Of a stretch of DNA of 64,000 nt, positions 1 to 13,630 are shown one piece after another. Source of the stretch: Vicugna vicugna. Lineage: Eukaryota. The translations under genes were made by a program, and so were the position numbers. Under the pieces are notes generated by a model. The model did not search any database. It saw only the letters and a program-made list of their open reading frames with translations, and was not told the origin of the DNA. Where the stretch lies: positions 496,001-560,000 of the forward strand of contig MU057487.1 of the NCBI GenBank assembly GCA_013265495.1, written 5' to 3'. How positions within the stretch are numbered: position 1 is the first letter of the stretch; each line of letters begins with the position of its first letter.

Positions 1-235
1 CTCAAATGCATCTCAGTGAAGCTCTCCCTGACCACCCTCATAAAGTTGTCGCCCTCTCCACTGATATTTCCAAGAAGTTATATCTATCTTACATTTGATA
101 TATTTGACTTATTTTTTCTTATTGATTTTCTTGCCTTGTGAAGGTAGATAGCTTTGTGTGTATTTTTCACTAGTATATCTCCTAAGTCTAGAACAGTGCT
201 CCAGCAAAATACTTGTTGCATAAATGAACGGGCAA
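1..235 (+). mobile_element. LINE-2 3' end fragment
   Basis: ctccctgaccacc ... ctagaacagtgct ... atacttgttgcataaatgaa resembles the L2 3' terminus. Confidence 0.65.
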
Positions 236-660
236 CAAACTATATATGCAAGAAATAGAGATAATAAAGAAGAGTGTGATTAATTTTTTAATGGTGCTAG
301 AAAATATTTGGGAAGACTTCCTGGAGGAGGTAACCTCAAAACTGGGTTTTGAAGGATCAATAGGATTTTTCCAGGAGAGCATATTGAGAAAGCATTGTAC
401 ACAGTGGAATAACATGCACAAATGCATGGATAGAAAACCATGTAATATGTTTGGGAAACTCTGAGCTTTAAAGTATTGATGAATTTTACTATATACTAAA
501 ATAAGAATATTAGAATGTATTCTTTAAATAATATAAAGCCTATGGAAGTTTTAAACATGGATAATAGAGAACCATGCTCTGCTCCATCAGCAATGGAAAA
601 CATGGATTCAAGGAAATTGAGGCTTAACTCAGGGGTACAAGTTAAAAGCCTTAGCAATAG

Positions 661-1477
661 ATTATCAGAGAAATGCAAATCAAAACTAGTGAGAATGGCC
701 ATCATTCAAAAGTCCACAACGATAACTGCTGGAGAGGGTGTGGAGAAAAGGGAACCCTCCTACACTGTTGGTGGGAATGCAGTTTGGTACAGCCATTATG
801 AAAAACAGTATGGAGATTCCTCAAAAAATTAAAAATAGACTTACCATATGATCCAGCAATCTCACTCCTGGGCATATATCTGGAAGGAACTCAAATTTGA
901 AAAGTTACATGCACCCCAATGTTCACAGCAGCACTATTTGTAATAGCCAAGACATGGAAACAACTTAAGTGTCCATCGACAGATGACTGGATAAAGAAGT
1001 TGCCACACACACACACACACACACAATGGAATACTACTCAGCCATACAAAAAATAAAATAAGGCCATTTGCAGCAACATGGATGGACCTGGAGATTGTTA
1101 TTCTAAGCGAAGTAAGCCAGAAAGAGAAGAAAAATACCATAAGATATCACTCATAAGTGGATTCTAAAAAAAAAAAAAACTAATGAACTTATCTACAAAA
1201 CAGGAACAAACTAACAGAGATAGTAATCTTATGGTTACTGGGGGAAAAAGGGGCGGGAAGGGATAAATTGGGAGTTCAATATGTGCTATTATATATAAAG
1301 TAGATAATAAACAGATTTCTTCTGTACAGCACAGGGAACTATATTCAATATCTTATAATAACTTAAAATGAAAATAATATGAAAACAATTATATTATTAT
1401 ATGTATGCATATCTATGACTGAAATATTATGCTGTACACCAGAACTTGATGCATTGTAACTGACTATACATTTTTTA
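661..1477 (+). mobile_element. 5'-truncated lineage-specific LINE-1 (ORF2 C-terminus plus 3' UTR) with target-site duplication
   Basis: ORF2 C-terminal motif [16 protein letters not shown], followed by a typical L1 3' UTR. 17-bp TSD aaaagccttag(c/a)aatag at 644-660 and 1478-1494, with a TT/AAAA endonuclease site at the left copy. Confidence 0.95.
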
Positions 1478-2249
1478 AAAAGCCTTAGAAATAGTGCAAG
1501 CTGAAGGAAACAACGGAGTGTACTAAGGGGTGTGTATGAAGGGGTAGTAACAAAAAGAATTAACGTGAATGAATGATTGATTGAGTGTCTTTGTGTATGT
1601 GTGTGTGTGTGAAGAGGAGGCTTAGAGGGATGAAGGAGCTGAACTTAAAATGTTGATGAAGAATAGGGCTGTTCAGCTGAATTATCCAATCTCTCTTTTG
1701 TTTGTTGACTCTGATGCTTGGATAATTCTTGAGCTGTCCACCTTCATTTGATAGATCTTGAGAGTTCCAGAACTCCGGTTTATTGCTAGGAGAACGCAGT
1801 TAATAGGATGATAAAATTCTTTTTCTTAAAGTCAATGAAAATATCAGAAAAATAATCTAAGCTATATTTTCTCTCAATATGTATAATCTTAAGGCCTTCT
1901 GTTAAATCTCAAGAGTGTTGAACTTTATCTTGAAGTTAATAGAAAACTATTGATTTTGATTCACTCAGATAAAATAAGAACTGTTCCCTGACGAATCTTC
2001 TGCATGAAATTATTCTATGTATGAAATATATCACTGCCTGCTACTGCCAGCTCAATGTGCATTATTTAATAGAAAACACATAAACTTTAAAAGTGATAGT
2101 GATGTAGTCTGAATTCCATAACTGCAAGGATGACCTTTGGCAAAATTACCAGATCATTATGTATCTCACTTTTCCCACTAGTCAAATAAAAATACCTACA
2201 TCACAAAATAGTTTTGAGGTTTAAAAAAGGATGACACATATATGTATAA

Positions 2250-2650
2250 GTCTAGAGTTCTTTCATTAGAATAACAAAAAGTAACTCTGGTTAATGAGCG
2301 AAAAAGGATTTATCAGAAGGAAGTCAGGACTTAACATATTGACATGAAGCTAGACAATGGGCGGCAATGGGCAGAAACTAAGGCAGCAGGAAACACAGAA
2401 ATGGCTTCACTGCCTAAACAGAGTGATCTGGATGTCACCACTAGAATGGGTGTGTGCCAGCTATTTATGTTTTTCATTCTTGTGTCACCTGCTCAAGACT
2501 CTAAGTCCCAGGAGACAGGATTCAGTTGGCTGATTTGGCCCCTTCTAGCTTCAATACCAGGAGGCTGATCTGGGAATTTCTATCTCAACCAGACCTCAGC
2601 AGAAAATTGGGATGCTGGGGAAAGTGGAATGGATTCTTGCTAGCCAAAAA
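2250..2650. mobile_element. Old MaLR (MLT1-type) LTR remnant
   Basis: aacaaaaagtaactctggttaatgagcgaaaaaggatttatcagaagg resembles an old MLT1 LTR end. Heavily diverged. Confidence 0.45.
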
Positions 2651-2679
2651 CATTAAAGTGATAACTTGAAGGAGGCCCA

Positions 2680-2950
2680 TAAACTTGATGACTTTGGAAC
2701 TGTTTAAACCATAATACACAGCAAGAAGTATATTTCACATCATGGCCTAGGGTTCACAGATATATCTGTATATGTGTGTTTATGTATAACCAAGACAAAA
2801 TTTTCTCTAAACTGAACTTATTCTTAGTATATGTGTTATACTGTGTTCTGTATTAGTTTATTCTATTTCACTTTTTACAAGCTCTGTCATAGACCACTAA
2901 GTTGATTTTATAACTTATGAATGGGTTGCAATGTATAGGCTAAAGACATT
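2680..2950. mobile_element. Old hAT-Charlie non-autonomous element (MER103-like)
   Basis: gaccactaagttgattttataacttatgaatgggttgcaa resembles the subterminal motif of this family. Confidence 0.45.
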
Positions 2951-3507
2951 TTATTACAGTGTATATAATATTAGCAAGTCATAAATACTCTATAAATGTC
3001 AAGTTTTCACACCACCTCTCTCCCTTTATTCTGCTTCCTCCTCTCTCATCAAATAAAATTGCAGACAGTAACTGAATGACCAAGATATCTGAAGCCTCTT
3101 TCATTTTATTGACCTAATGACATAATATTAATCATATTTCCCAAAAGAATGGAGTTGTACCAAAAAATCAGGATTTTTAAGAGAAGTGGAGTATAAAGAA
3201 AACCAGTATTGAAGAAGAAATAGTATAATTAAGAGAATAAGATATGACTTTAAGCCTCAGCAAAACAAAGAGTCCCTTCTTGAAATAGCATGGAATAATT
3301 TTCTGTTCCACACACAACATCTGCTGCTGCTCTCTGGAATAAGACTTAGAAGATTAAGCACACCTTTTCTTAATTTTCCCTGTATTGAAAGAGCTATTTG
3401 GCTTTCTTTCAGAACAAAAATATATTTTGATCTAAAATATTGAGTCAGTTGGTTTGGGGGTTTAGGAGCTTGAATTAGTAAAATAATTGGCTCAGTTCTT
3501 TATTTCA

Positions 3508-3509
<2 letters not shown>

Positions 3510-3543
<34 letters not shown>
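3510..3543. repeat. (TG)17 microsatellite
   Basis: Perfect dinucleotide run. Confidence 0.97.
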
Positions 3544-3544
<1 letters not shown>

Positions 3545-4469
3545 TGGGGCTGCGGTGAGATAGTTACAAAGCTTTAGGCTCATAATAGTTTCCACCAAAA
3601 GGCATTGAATCTGTTTATATGCTTCAAACACGAGACAATTAGAGAATTTATCAGTTTAAAATGTTATTTTTTTTAAGCCATTTCAGAAGAGCCTCCTTTC
3701 CCCAAGTGACAGGATCCACTATACATGCATGTTAGTTTACCTCCCCTGGTCCTTACTGCTCAGCAATCTTGTATTTACTTTTTATTGATTCCCTATCCCA
3801 TTTCCAAGGGGAAACTGTGACAGTCCCCCTGTATTCAAGCCTTTGGTGCTTAATCTGTCCTTGTCAAACCCTGGAGTGATTTCTCTCATTTGTATCTGAG
3901 GCCTGTCTAGTTGAGACTCCTTATTTCTCTCCCTTCAAATAACCCTGTGTCTCTCCACTAGAAGAAGCCTCTGATTTCAAGGCATATTGTTTTTTGTGTC
4001 TCTCAGACTTATTTCCTCTTGTCTTTCCTGGAACCCAAGTCCTCTAATTTAGTACCCTCTCATTTAAATCTTCAAATCGTCCTTCTCCCCTGGAAGTTTC
4101 TTCTCTTTTTATAAATGTTCTCAGATGCTGTAACAAACTACCCCGACACATCCTGGCTTGCGTTTTCTAGTTCCACAAGTGATCATACTGTCACTCCCCT
4201 TTCCTTCATTTGCTACGCTTCTTGAAAATGCACACTTGTTGCTTAGTACTCATTCTTTCCTGTGTCTCTATTCAAGCTTTCATCTCCATAAGTCTACTGA
4301 AATGCTTCTCTGTGTCTTCATGACAAGAAGATCCAAACAGCCATTTTTGTTTTACTCGGGGTCCCTGGTAGTGCACTATTCCAGTTACTTGACTCCTTCC
4401 GGGAATCCTTGTTCTCAAGCTGTACCCTGAAGAGCAGGCATTCCCCAAAGCCCTCTCCTAACGTCTCCT

Positions 4470-4685
4470 GGCATAGACGTTAGGAACCACAAGGCCTTAG
4501 GTTCTATTCAGGATCTGACACCGTGCGCTGTGTCGTCTTACCCGATTTACTTATCCTTTCAACTCCGCCAGATGAAAATAGTAACACTGCCTGTATCCTA
4601 GAACTTCTTATATACTAGATGAGACAATGTCGGTAAACCACTTAGCAAGTCCTTTTGCTGGTAGTAAATGTCAGCTATCATTTTT
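4470..4685 (+). mobile_element. MIR SINE
   Basis: Degenerate MIR core (atgaaaatagtaacactgcct ... gagacaatgt ... taaatgtcagctat). Confidence 0.6.
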
Positions 4686-6739
4686 TCCTCCCAAGAAAAT
4701 ACAAGCCCTTCTGTTGGGGATGAAGGAACAATTTTTGCCAACTTCTTGTACAGAGAGCTCCTCCACTATACTTCTCTATCTGGCCCTAACTGTCGTTTCC
4801 TCGTATGTTTGGGGAAGGTCCTCAGCAGTTAGTTTAACCCATCCGGATTTTTGCCTTTCTGATTTTGTAAAGCATTTTCCGTATAGAAAAGTCTATCTAA
4901 TGGTAGGAGTCTATACTAGGAAGTTCATTGTTGCCACACCCCTAAACCATGACCTTCAGCACTTTTTGTATTCATCTGCCACCTCCATGATGAATTTCAG
5001 TTGATCCGGAACTTGATCAGAGAAAAGAGGGTGGTAACTCTTTGGCCCCCTCAAATCTCAACACTCACTGTTTTATTTTTGTTTATCACATTTGATTCTA
5101 TGCTTGAGCCTTTCCCTGCTGTAATCCATCCTACACATTGCGGCCTATAATCTTCCTAATGACAAGCTCTGATGATATCATTTCTTTTATAAAAAATACA
5201 ATTGCTCTTTGCTATTTTGAGAATTGTGTGTGGATTTCACTGACATATTCATGGTCTGACCCTCCCACTTCGGCTTTTCTGTTACCTAGGGCTCCAGATG
5301 AGCTAGATTATTTTTTTCTTTCCTGAAGAGCAAGTCAGATTTCTGCCTCTGTCCTTTGGTTTATACTGTTTCTCCCACCTAGAGTAGTTTCTTATCCATC
5401 TTTAGTTTTTTAAATTCTAGTAATATTCTGAGACGGTCTCCATTGTCATCTTTTCAGTAAAGACTCTTGATTCCACAACCTGATATAATGTATTCCTTCT
5501 TTTGCATGTATTTTTCACTTCTCTTATGGCATATGTATCTTCTTATTTAAAAATTTATAATGGGACTATTTTATTTTCTGTTATACAAGAAAATCACAAC
5601 CTGTTTACGGGCAGGAGCTACAGCCGCCTCGTCTTTTTTAAACTCTGTAATGTCTACTGAGCATTGAGCATGAGACCCTGTATTTAACAAGTGCTCCATA
5701 AATATTTTGTGATTTAAATTGAAATTACTAAATAATACAAGGTACCTATGTAACACTTTCTACCCATTTGCTCTTTTGTTAGAATAGTTTTTCTCCCAAG
5801 AAGACAACTGTGCTTTTAATTGCAGTATTAAGCCATTTATTTCATAACTAAACAGCACAGTGTTTATAGTAGAATGAGTATTTTTCTTGAGATTTTCAGG
5901 TTGGGTAAGTTGATTTAGGGTCTTAATACTTACAATGGAATTAAAGGCAAAAGGGAACATTGGAATGCTAGTTTGAAGACAGGTGGTTTTCATGGCAATG
6001 GTGAGATTCATACAAAATTTTTGTTGAAAATGAGCTCCTAAGCACTTAAAAATACCCTGTATTGCTTATTTTCTTTAACTCATCCCATAAAAAAATTTTT
6101 TTCATGCACCTATGTGCACAAGGCACTGAGCTGGGCATACTAGATGTTCAAACCCTTAATTAGAAAGATCATAGTGTCAAAGGTACACAGCCTATTATGC
6201 CTGAGAAAGCTTTTCATGGCACTTTGTCTTTCTCCATCATAAATATATTATTTCTGTTCTCTTTCTCCCTTTTTTCCCTTATCTCAGTTCCCTTCTTCCT
6301 TTCTGTTTCTGTCCTTTAAAAAAATCCTGCCCTTTTTTCTTTCTATATATTTTATTCTCAGCTTACCTCCTTGTGGGTTTGTTCCATCAAAATGCTGCAC
6401 CAAACTGACTTCACAGAGGTCACTGGAACCAAGTAGCCTAGAAGATCTCACTACATGCAAGGCAGCAGTAAAATCCGTGGGAGCAGGAAGTATATCTCCC
6501 ATACTTGGTATTGTCACCCAGCATTTTGTTCTGCATTGAAATTATATACAGTTGCTGAATGAATAAATTAACAACAATGCTAATAATACATGGAGAAGTC
6601 CTCGCTGTCCCATTCAGGACAATGAAGGCTTCTTGCCCTGAGAGCTAATGAAGACATTTCTGCCCAAGCTCCCAGAAGCCGTCTGCTCAGAAGAGTTGTG
6701 CTGATCTCATTACCTGGGCATGAACATGGTTAAAAGTTA

Positions 6740-7080
6740 ACGCTTCTAGAGAACCCTTTCCTTCTCATCAGTTGTCTTTGCGCACTCCTACTCAATTCAT
6801 CCATCAGGGCCTAGGTTAGATAATTGCTTTTCATACCACTCAAATCTCGGATGGGTGCCTGATTTCAGTTAACACTTCATTTTTCCATCCCATGCTTATC
6901 ACACTGTTTTAAAATTGCTAGTTAGTTGCCTTGTCTATTTCTCCCTTGACTATTACTTCCATTTGAACAGGGACCTTTTTTGCCTTGCTCATTGCTGTGT
7001 TTTCAAATACCTAAACACTCTACTTGGCAACAGCCAGGATAGAGACACTGAGTGAAAGCCATTTAGTTGAACTATTTAAT
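6740..7080 (+). mobile_element. LINE-2 3' fragment
   Basis: ctccatttgaacagggacc ... cattgctgtgttttcaaatacctaaacac is L2-like. Confidence 0.55.
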
Positions 7081-7929
7081 GGGACCTCTGGTTTAACCTG
7101 GCTAGTCATCTGAACTCCTCTGAAAAACTAGTGGAATCTCAGGGTGCCTGACCAAGCCAGCTGCGATGGAGGTTTGATTTGAGTAAGGGAGTCAGAAAGG
7201 ATTGATTGGCAGGTGATATACTGTGCAATCATAGATGAAATGAAGGACAATTTTGAGTGGTGGAGCTGGAATAAAGTGCCAAGGAGATAACTGGACTAAA
7301 ACATCCACCTAGGATGGGGAAGAGATGAGCAGAAATGTGGACTGTGCAACGGGGGCTAAAACTAGAGATACAGTGACATTAGAAAGAAATAGGTAAGGAG
7401 GGTAGGCTGAAGAGCCTGAATGTCTTGTAACATAGGCAAAAGGTTGCTTTGTGGAGCTTCTGACCTTAGCACAGAAAGAGAGAACTGTTTAATTACACTG
7501 GTCTAGTTTGGACACATGTTGCTCTTCTCAATTTCTCACAAAATGCCCTTTAACATGGAGAAAAAGAGAACATAATAATTCCCGCAACTAAATTTTACTG
7601 TAAAACTTTTGTCAGTCTTGAATACATTTTCATTAATTCAATGTTTTGGACAGAATTGAGAAGTAGCTGGCAACTGATACTTTCTTACTTGGAAAAGATA
7701 AGCCCCAGTGGTCCAAAGTAAAGTAGAGAGACATTTCATTATTACTCTCTGCTTTCTGGCAAAGAGATCTGGGCTCTGGACCAACCAGAAAACTGGGTAA
7801 GCATCCTTCTGCAAATGCCTCCTGAGGCAGCCAGAGAACTTCTCTGTATCCATTTGACAGCTTATCTTGTCCTGTGAAATGGTAGGACACAAGTCTTGGT
7901 AAGGGCACATTGCATACTTACAAGTGTAT

Positions 7930-8185
7930 TTCCAGCAAGTGAATGTTGCTCCCCTCCAAACCCTTTTTTATACTACCCTGTTTTGTTTTCCTAATATGAC
8001 ATAGCACTATTTGAAAGGATCCTATTCTTGTGTGTAATTATTTATTATCCACTCCAGCATTAACATGTAAGCTCCATGAGAGCAGGGTCATAGTCTAGCT
8101 TGCTCACCCCTGTATTAATACCCCAGCACCTAGGACATTGCCCATGTGGCATGGCACTCTATAAATAGTTGCTGAATGATAAATC
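7930..8185 (+). mobile_element. LINE-2 3' end
   Basis: tgtaagctccatgagagcaggg ... cccagcacctaggacattgcc ... ataaatagttgctgaatga. Confidence 0.8.
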
Positions 8186-8724
8186 AAGGAAAATTGATAA
8201 AGTTGGAATATTTCTGATTTTAGTCCATGTTGTGGAGTGAACCAGAGAGAGGTTCTCTAACAGCTCCTCCTAACTCATCAGAGCCATGCTGAGGACCTGT
8301 GCATGTTGGCCCATCCTCCAGCTGGAGGTTCTGGTGAAATATTATGAGCAATCCATGGGGCCAACCCACACATCTTGTCCATTAGCAAAACTGAGCCTGG
8401 ATAGAGCCCTTATGTTTAAAATGCATATAAATTAGAAAATAAGTTTAGAAAATTTCTTGACATCCTTAAAAGGATAAAAATGATATGGTCTTCATGAAAC
8501 AGGTATAGACAGCCAAAAGGCAGACATTCAGATGGATGAGTAAGGAAGGAATAAAAAAATAGAACAGCAAAAATAGATTAAGATCTGTGCTAAAAATTAA
8601 ATTGACACTGTGGATAATCAGTTGATGATGGTGATGCCAGTGCTGAAACTGAGGATGTCTAACATGCACTGAGCACCAGTATGTTTCAGAACACACGCTA
8701 AGCCCTATGCACATGCCATTGGCT

Positions 8725-8944
8725 TCCCGCCTTCCTAATCATGGCTGCACCCTGGGATCACTGGAGAAAAAATTTGAAATATCAGTGCTTTACTGCACAC
8801 CCTGATTTAATTGACATAGAGTGGGACCCAGGCAGTTCCACATCATTGCACAGCTCCAGCAGTCACTGCCAATAGGGAATAGAATGGCTCATGAATTGTG
8901 CAGTGTAGCCCTAGGCCTAGCCATATTATTATTATTATTATTAC

Positions 8945-8990
<46 letters not shown>

Positions 8991-9030
8991 CAAGTGATTT
9001 GAACAAAAAGCTAGTGTTGAGAACCACTGA
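8725..9030. mobile_element. MER5-type hAT-Charlie MITE interrupted by a MER91-like palindromic element (about 8835-8915) and an (ATT)n tract
   Basis: ggctgcaccctgggatcactggag ... ctgatttaattg ... gttgagaaccactg. Internal attgcacagctcc ... gaattgtgcagtg inverted arms. Confidence 0.65.
8924..8983. repeat. (ATT)~19 trinucleotide microsatellite with one interruption
   Basis: Seen directly in the sequence. Confidence 0.97.
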
Positions 9031-9699
9031 CATATATGATTCCACTTAATCTCATTTTTAGAGGTAGGTTTGAGATGGTCTCACAAAATGCAGAGGGAAA
9101 AGCAAATAAAAGTAAGGAGAAAGCAGACTATAGATATGAGAAAAACTGAAAAAATGCCAACTATGAATGATAGGCATTCTCATGAGAAAGACCAAGACCA
9201 TTAGAAGTTTAATTTAAATAATTTAATTTAAATTTAATTTTAAAAGGGCTTCAGTTACAAAGAAAAGACCCTTTGAAAGGGCATGCTATGCTGCAGATGA
9301 AATTAGTGAAAAGGAGGCATCTAGACACATCCGTGCAATATCTATATATTTTAAGAGTGTAAAATATTCTAATGAATCAACATACAACAGTCAGAAAACA
9401 AAACGAAAACAAAAAGAGAACACTGGCCACACAGGTATAAACTTTGGCTAGCTTTGGATTTTTATGATAAAAAATAAAAGGTACACAGAATTTTGTGGAA
9501 GACAGTTTGTTATCTTTGACAAGCCAAGATATTGTCCTCATGTGAAGGCAAGAGAAAAATAATTTTATTTAAGAACTTATCCTAACAACCTGCTGAAAAA
9601 TTATACAAATATATTCTCCATCAGACTAGATGCAATAATCATTAGATTTTTATCTCGCAACATAAACCAAATACATCTTAGATAGATGAAACCATATGT

Positions 9700-10270
9700 G
9701 TGTGCCAATATCTAGCAAACTAGTGATGTGTAGTAAGAACTTTTAAATAGTTCATTTTTTTGACTCAGTTCTTCCCCTTCATGAATCTATTCCTAGAAAA
9801 ATTTCAAGGATATTGGTAAAATGTAAGCAAAAGGATATTTACTTCAGTGTTATTTGCAATAGAAAAAAATGTTAGAAACAGCTAAAATGTCTAGCTACTG
9901 GGCAGTAGAAAATATTCCTTTATAGTTTATAAAAATATTTTTAAATAAATTTTCATGATGTGGGGAACATTTTATTATATAATTGTAAGTAAAACACTGA
10001 ACATGAAATTATTAGTAAGATTTGAGCTTTTTAAAGAAAAAGATATGTAAAATAAGATTGGAAAAAATTATCCAAATATAATACAATTATTCTCTAGATG
10101 GTGGGATTATAGGTGATTTATATAATCTTCTTTACAACTTTGTATATAAAATTTTGATTATGTGATAAAATTATAGACCAGTGGGGAAGGATTTTCAGTA
10201 AATAGTATGCTGATAAATAGTAATTTTAAAACAATCTAAATTAGATCCTTATTTTACCTTGCACACATCA
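9700..10270 (+). mobile_element. Ancient L1M (L1ME-like) fragments
   Basis: ttttgactcagttcttcccctt ... gtgttatttgcaatag ... ggtgggattataggtgattt, plus the ORF2-like aaattagatcctta. Confidence 0.55.
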
Positions 10271-11594
10271 TTAATTTATTTATTGCTTCAACACAATATT
10301 TTTATTTTATCTATGTGCCAGCACTATAATCTTTTGCATCTCAATTTTTATTTGCATCTCAATGACTAACATCTCTACAATTTTTAGGGTCAAAATAACA
10401 GAGTCGTCAGTGTAATCTATTATACAAAAACTAAGTACACAGTTATAGAAAGATCAGGTCTGTCATTTATACTTGAATCTTTAATTTTCTCATGGCAGAA
10501 AAATAAGTAGGCTAGTGCATAAGTCTTAGCCTTTTGGTATAATGACATTACAAATCAATTTGAAAGAATATGTTCAATTCTTATACTGTTGGGAATGTTC
10601 AGCAATTACATTACTTCAGAATGCTATTCTTTATAGAATGTGTACTCACTGGAGAGTTAAGTAATGTTAAATAAATTTGCATCTTAATGAAAGTTGTATA
10701 TTAATACTGTTCTTGTTCTTAAGTAGTAATTTAATTCCAGTAAATCAAGGAATTCAATTTTAGCTAAATAAATATTGCTGTCTTGGAAACTACTATGCTG
10801 CAACAGCATTTGCTGTTCTCTCTGATAGAGAGAGCTGTTATTAAAGAGAAGATGTATTCATTCTGAGGACCATATGGTTTGGAAATTTTGCTTACTGTCC
10901 TATAGAGAAAATTATGTGGGCATATTCAGTGTTCTCAAATGAGTCATTAGTTAATCCAGTTTAGTTATAGAATATGATAGTTATATACTGTATTGCTTAG
11001 GTAATAAAACTTTAACAAGAGTTCTATTATAAATTTAATTTCTTTAAAAGATTCAGCCCAACTACAAAGAATGACAGTAAGATTCTTCCCACATAGAATA
11101 ACAGTTAGAGGGTAATTTTCTAGTAAATATTTTAATCCACATGACTAACTTTTCAATGAAATTAAGACTCTGGTATGAGTTTTTCAAAAAATAATACATA
11201 TTGAAGAGTTTATAAATACATATGTTAATAAACATGAAAATCCAACATGAAACGAGCAAAGAATCTTTAAAATTTCATTTGTATGTAATGTTTCATCTTG
11301 AATTATAATTTATATTAGGTGTTTGTTTCAGTTAATAATGTCTACACAAATCATTCTGTGTCATGTGTTTTTTTTTTCATGCTCAGCTTTACCGAGTTAT
11401 TCATACAGATTTATTTTCTGAAGGCTCTCAAAACTTATCCTCATGTTCGTTTTTCCCTTTTCTTGAACTCCCAGGAACTCCACTGGTTTTGATTAGTGCC
11501 TTGAAATTTTCACTTCTGCCCTTGTTCTGCCTTCTTAACTCAGAATGTAGAATTTATAATACTCAGGAATACATGCAAAATCATGTATAAATGG

Positions 11595-11800
11595 TATTTG
11601 CTAAGTGCTTATTATATACCAAGTTCTGTGCTGGTCATTCTGTATGTGTTGTTTAATACTCATAACAAATTATTTCACAGATGAGCACATTAAAACTCAA
11701 AGAAGTCAAGTCACTTTCCCAAGGTGACATAACTATAGATAATTAGTGATGGATTTGGGGTTTGTTCTTAGGTGCATCTGACTCAGAAGTTTATAACATG
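11595..11800 (-). mobile_element. MIR SINE
   Basis: tttcacagatgag ... agaagtcaagtcactttcccaaggtgacata ... tctgactcagaag. Confidence 0.75.
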
Positions 11801-12158
11801 AAGAGACTATAAGAAGTTGAAAATACATATCAGTGTTTTCAACTTATAAACTACTCCATGTCTATTAAAAGGCCTTATACCACTTTCTCAAAAATGTGCT
11901 TGCTGGTCTTCCTCTAGTAGTTATCTTTATCTTATGGCTTGGGATCTCTAAGTTGAGGTTCACTGGAATCTATTTCATCAAGATTCATTGGTTTTCCATT
12001 TCCGTCAGTCAACAGCAGCATCTTAGAGACAAACTTGAAGAATCTGAACCAAGAACTAGGAACCTGTTGGTTGCCAGGCGATTTGTTCATCCAGGCTGCC
12101 CCATATTTCTTCAGACTCTATCAGAGACTTTTTCAAGTAAAAGTACTTTGAATCCAGG

Positions 12159-12335
12159 TGTGTCAGGAGGTCCTTGAGAGCAACCCCAGGTTTAATGATT
12201 TGCTAGGCATCCTCACAGGACCCAGTATCTAGTAACTCTCATAGGTATGATTTTTTACAATGAAAGAAAACAAAGCAAAATCAGCAAAGAGACAAAAAAC
12301 TCATTAAGGCAAACTTGGAGGAAACTAGGCAAGTA
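12159..12335. mobile_element. MER21-like LTR fragment
   Basis: ccccaggtttaatgatttgctagg ... cacaggacccag ... caaagcaaaatcagcaaag ... ggaggaaactaggc matches MER21 as recalled. Confidence 0.7.
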
Positions 12336-12769
12336 TTACTAACACCTTTTTAAAAAATAATTTAAATGTTTCAAAAATATAGATAGAATAGGGAATAATA
12401 CAACAAATACCCATGCAACCACTAGTCATATTTAACAAATGTTAACATATTGTCATTTTTTGTTTTTAAAGCTGCAGATATATTTGAGGGCTACTTTGTT
12501 CTCCTTACTAATTGTTGGTTCAATTCCTATTTCCCCAGAATGGGATCATCATATAGCTCACCTCTATAGGCACTATACATAGAAAACAGTCAAATAGGTT
12601 CATGGAGATGTATAGTCCTGCAGTTCTGCTCTTGAACTAGCTGCTGTCTGAGAGTGGGTATGACTTTTCCCTGACAATACTTTAATACTTTTACTACATA
12701 TGTATGGACCCATAACTAATTTACAGTATTATATTTTGGAATTTTCAAAGATATACATACATGCTAGTG

Positions 12770-13630
12770 GCCTCTTTGTAGCAAAATCTAAGGAAACATT
12801 TTTCTGCTTATCTTACTTGACCTCTCCACAGCATTTGACTCAATGGATCATTTTCTTCTTAAAACTCTCTCCTTCCTGAGCACTTTTGACACCAATCTCT
12901 CCTTGGTCTCCTCTTCCCTATATTACCACTCGAGGCTCCTTCCTTGACTCTTGCCAAATCTTTTGTGTCCTTTCTCACTAAACCCACCATCATGAGGATT
13001 TTATTCACACCCATATATTCTAGTACTAGCTCTGTACTGATGACTGCCTCATTGGGATCTTCATTCTAGACTTATATCTTCATTAATAGTCTCATTAAAT
13101 TGATGACTGACTATATGAACTGTAATCAGGTCGATGTAGGACCTGTTTTCCACACTTTACTTTTAGCCATAGATTCATTGACCATTTGAATAATAGAATC
13201 AACCTATAAATCCAAACTTTTATTTTAGTGCTATGCTTTTATTTTTCATGTCATTTTTCAGAATTTCTCATGTTCTCTCTTAGCTCATGAGGTTTTACTT
13301 GGTGAGGTGTAACTTACAAACAGTTAATGATTGAACATATACAATGTTAAACCCATGACCACCTCCCAGACCTACATTTGACTGAGTCCTATAATGTCCA
13401 CTCGTCTTAAGGAAGTTGATTCATTCATCACTTCTTCCCCAAAGGCTTTCTTTAATCCCCACTTCCTGCTTGCCCCAGGTAAGGAGAATACTTCTCCATC
13501 TCCATTGACTACATTGTATTACCGTCTGTTCACTCGTTTCTCTCTCTTGCTTTCCTTGATAACAAGTACTTAGTCATATTTGTATCTTTGATGACAACTA
13601 CACACTTGATAATAGTGAGCACCCAGTAAA
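12770..13630 (+). mobile_element. LINE-2 fragments
   Basis: atcttacttgacctctccacagcatttgac (L2 RT region), and 3' end cccagtaaatatttgttga. Confidence 0.75.

Noticed and set aside
515..832. 105-aa ORF
   Set aside because: Runs from flanking DNA into frameshifted L1 ORF2 C-terminal sequence.
9208..9245. AT-only quasi-palindromic run (tttaatttaaat...)
   Set aside because: Low-complexity sequence expected in AT-rich intron.
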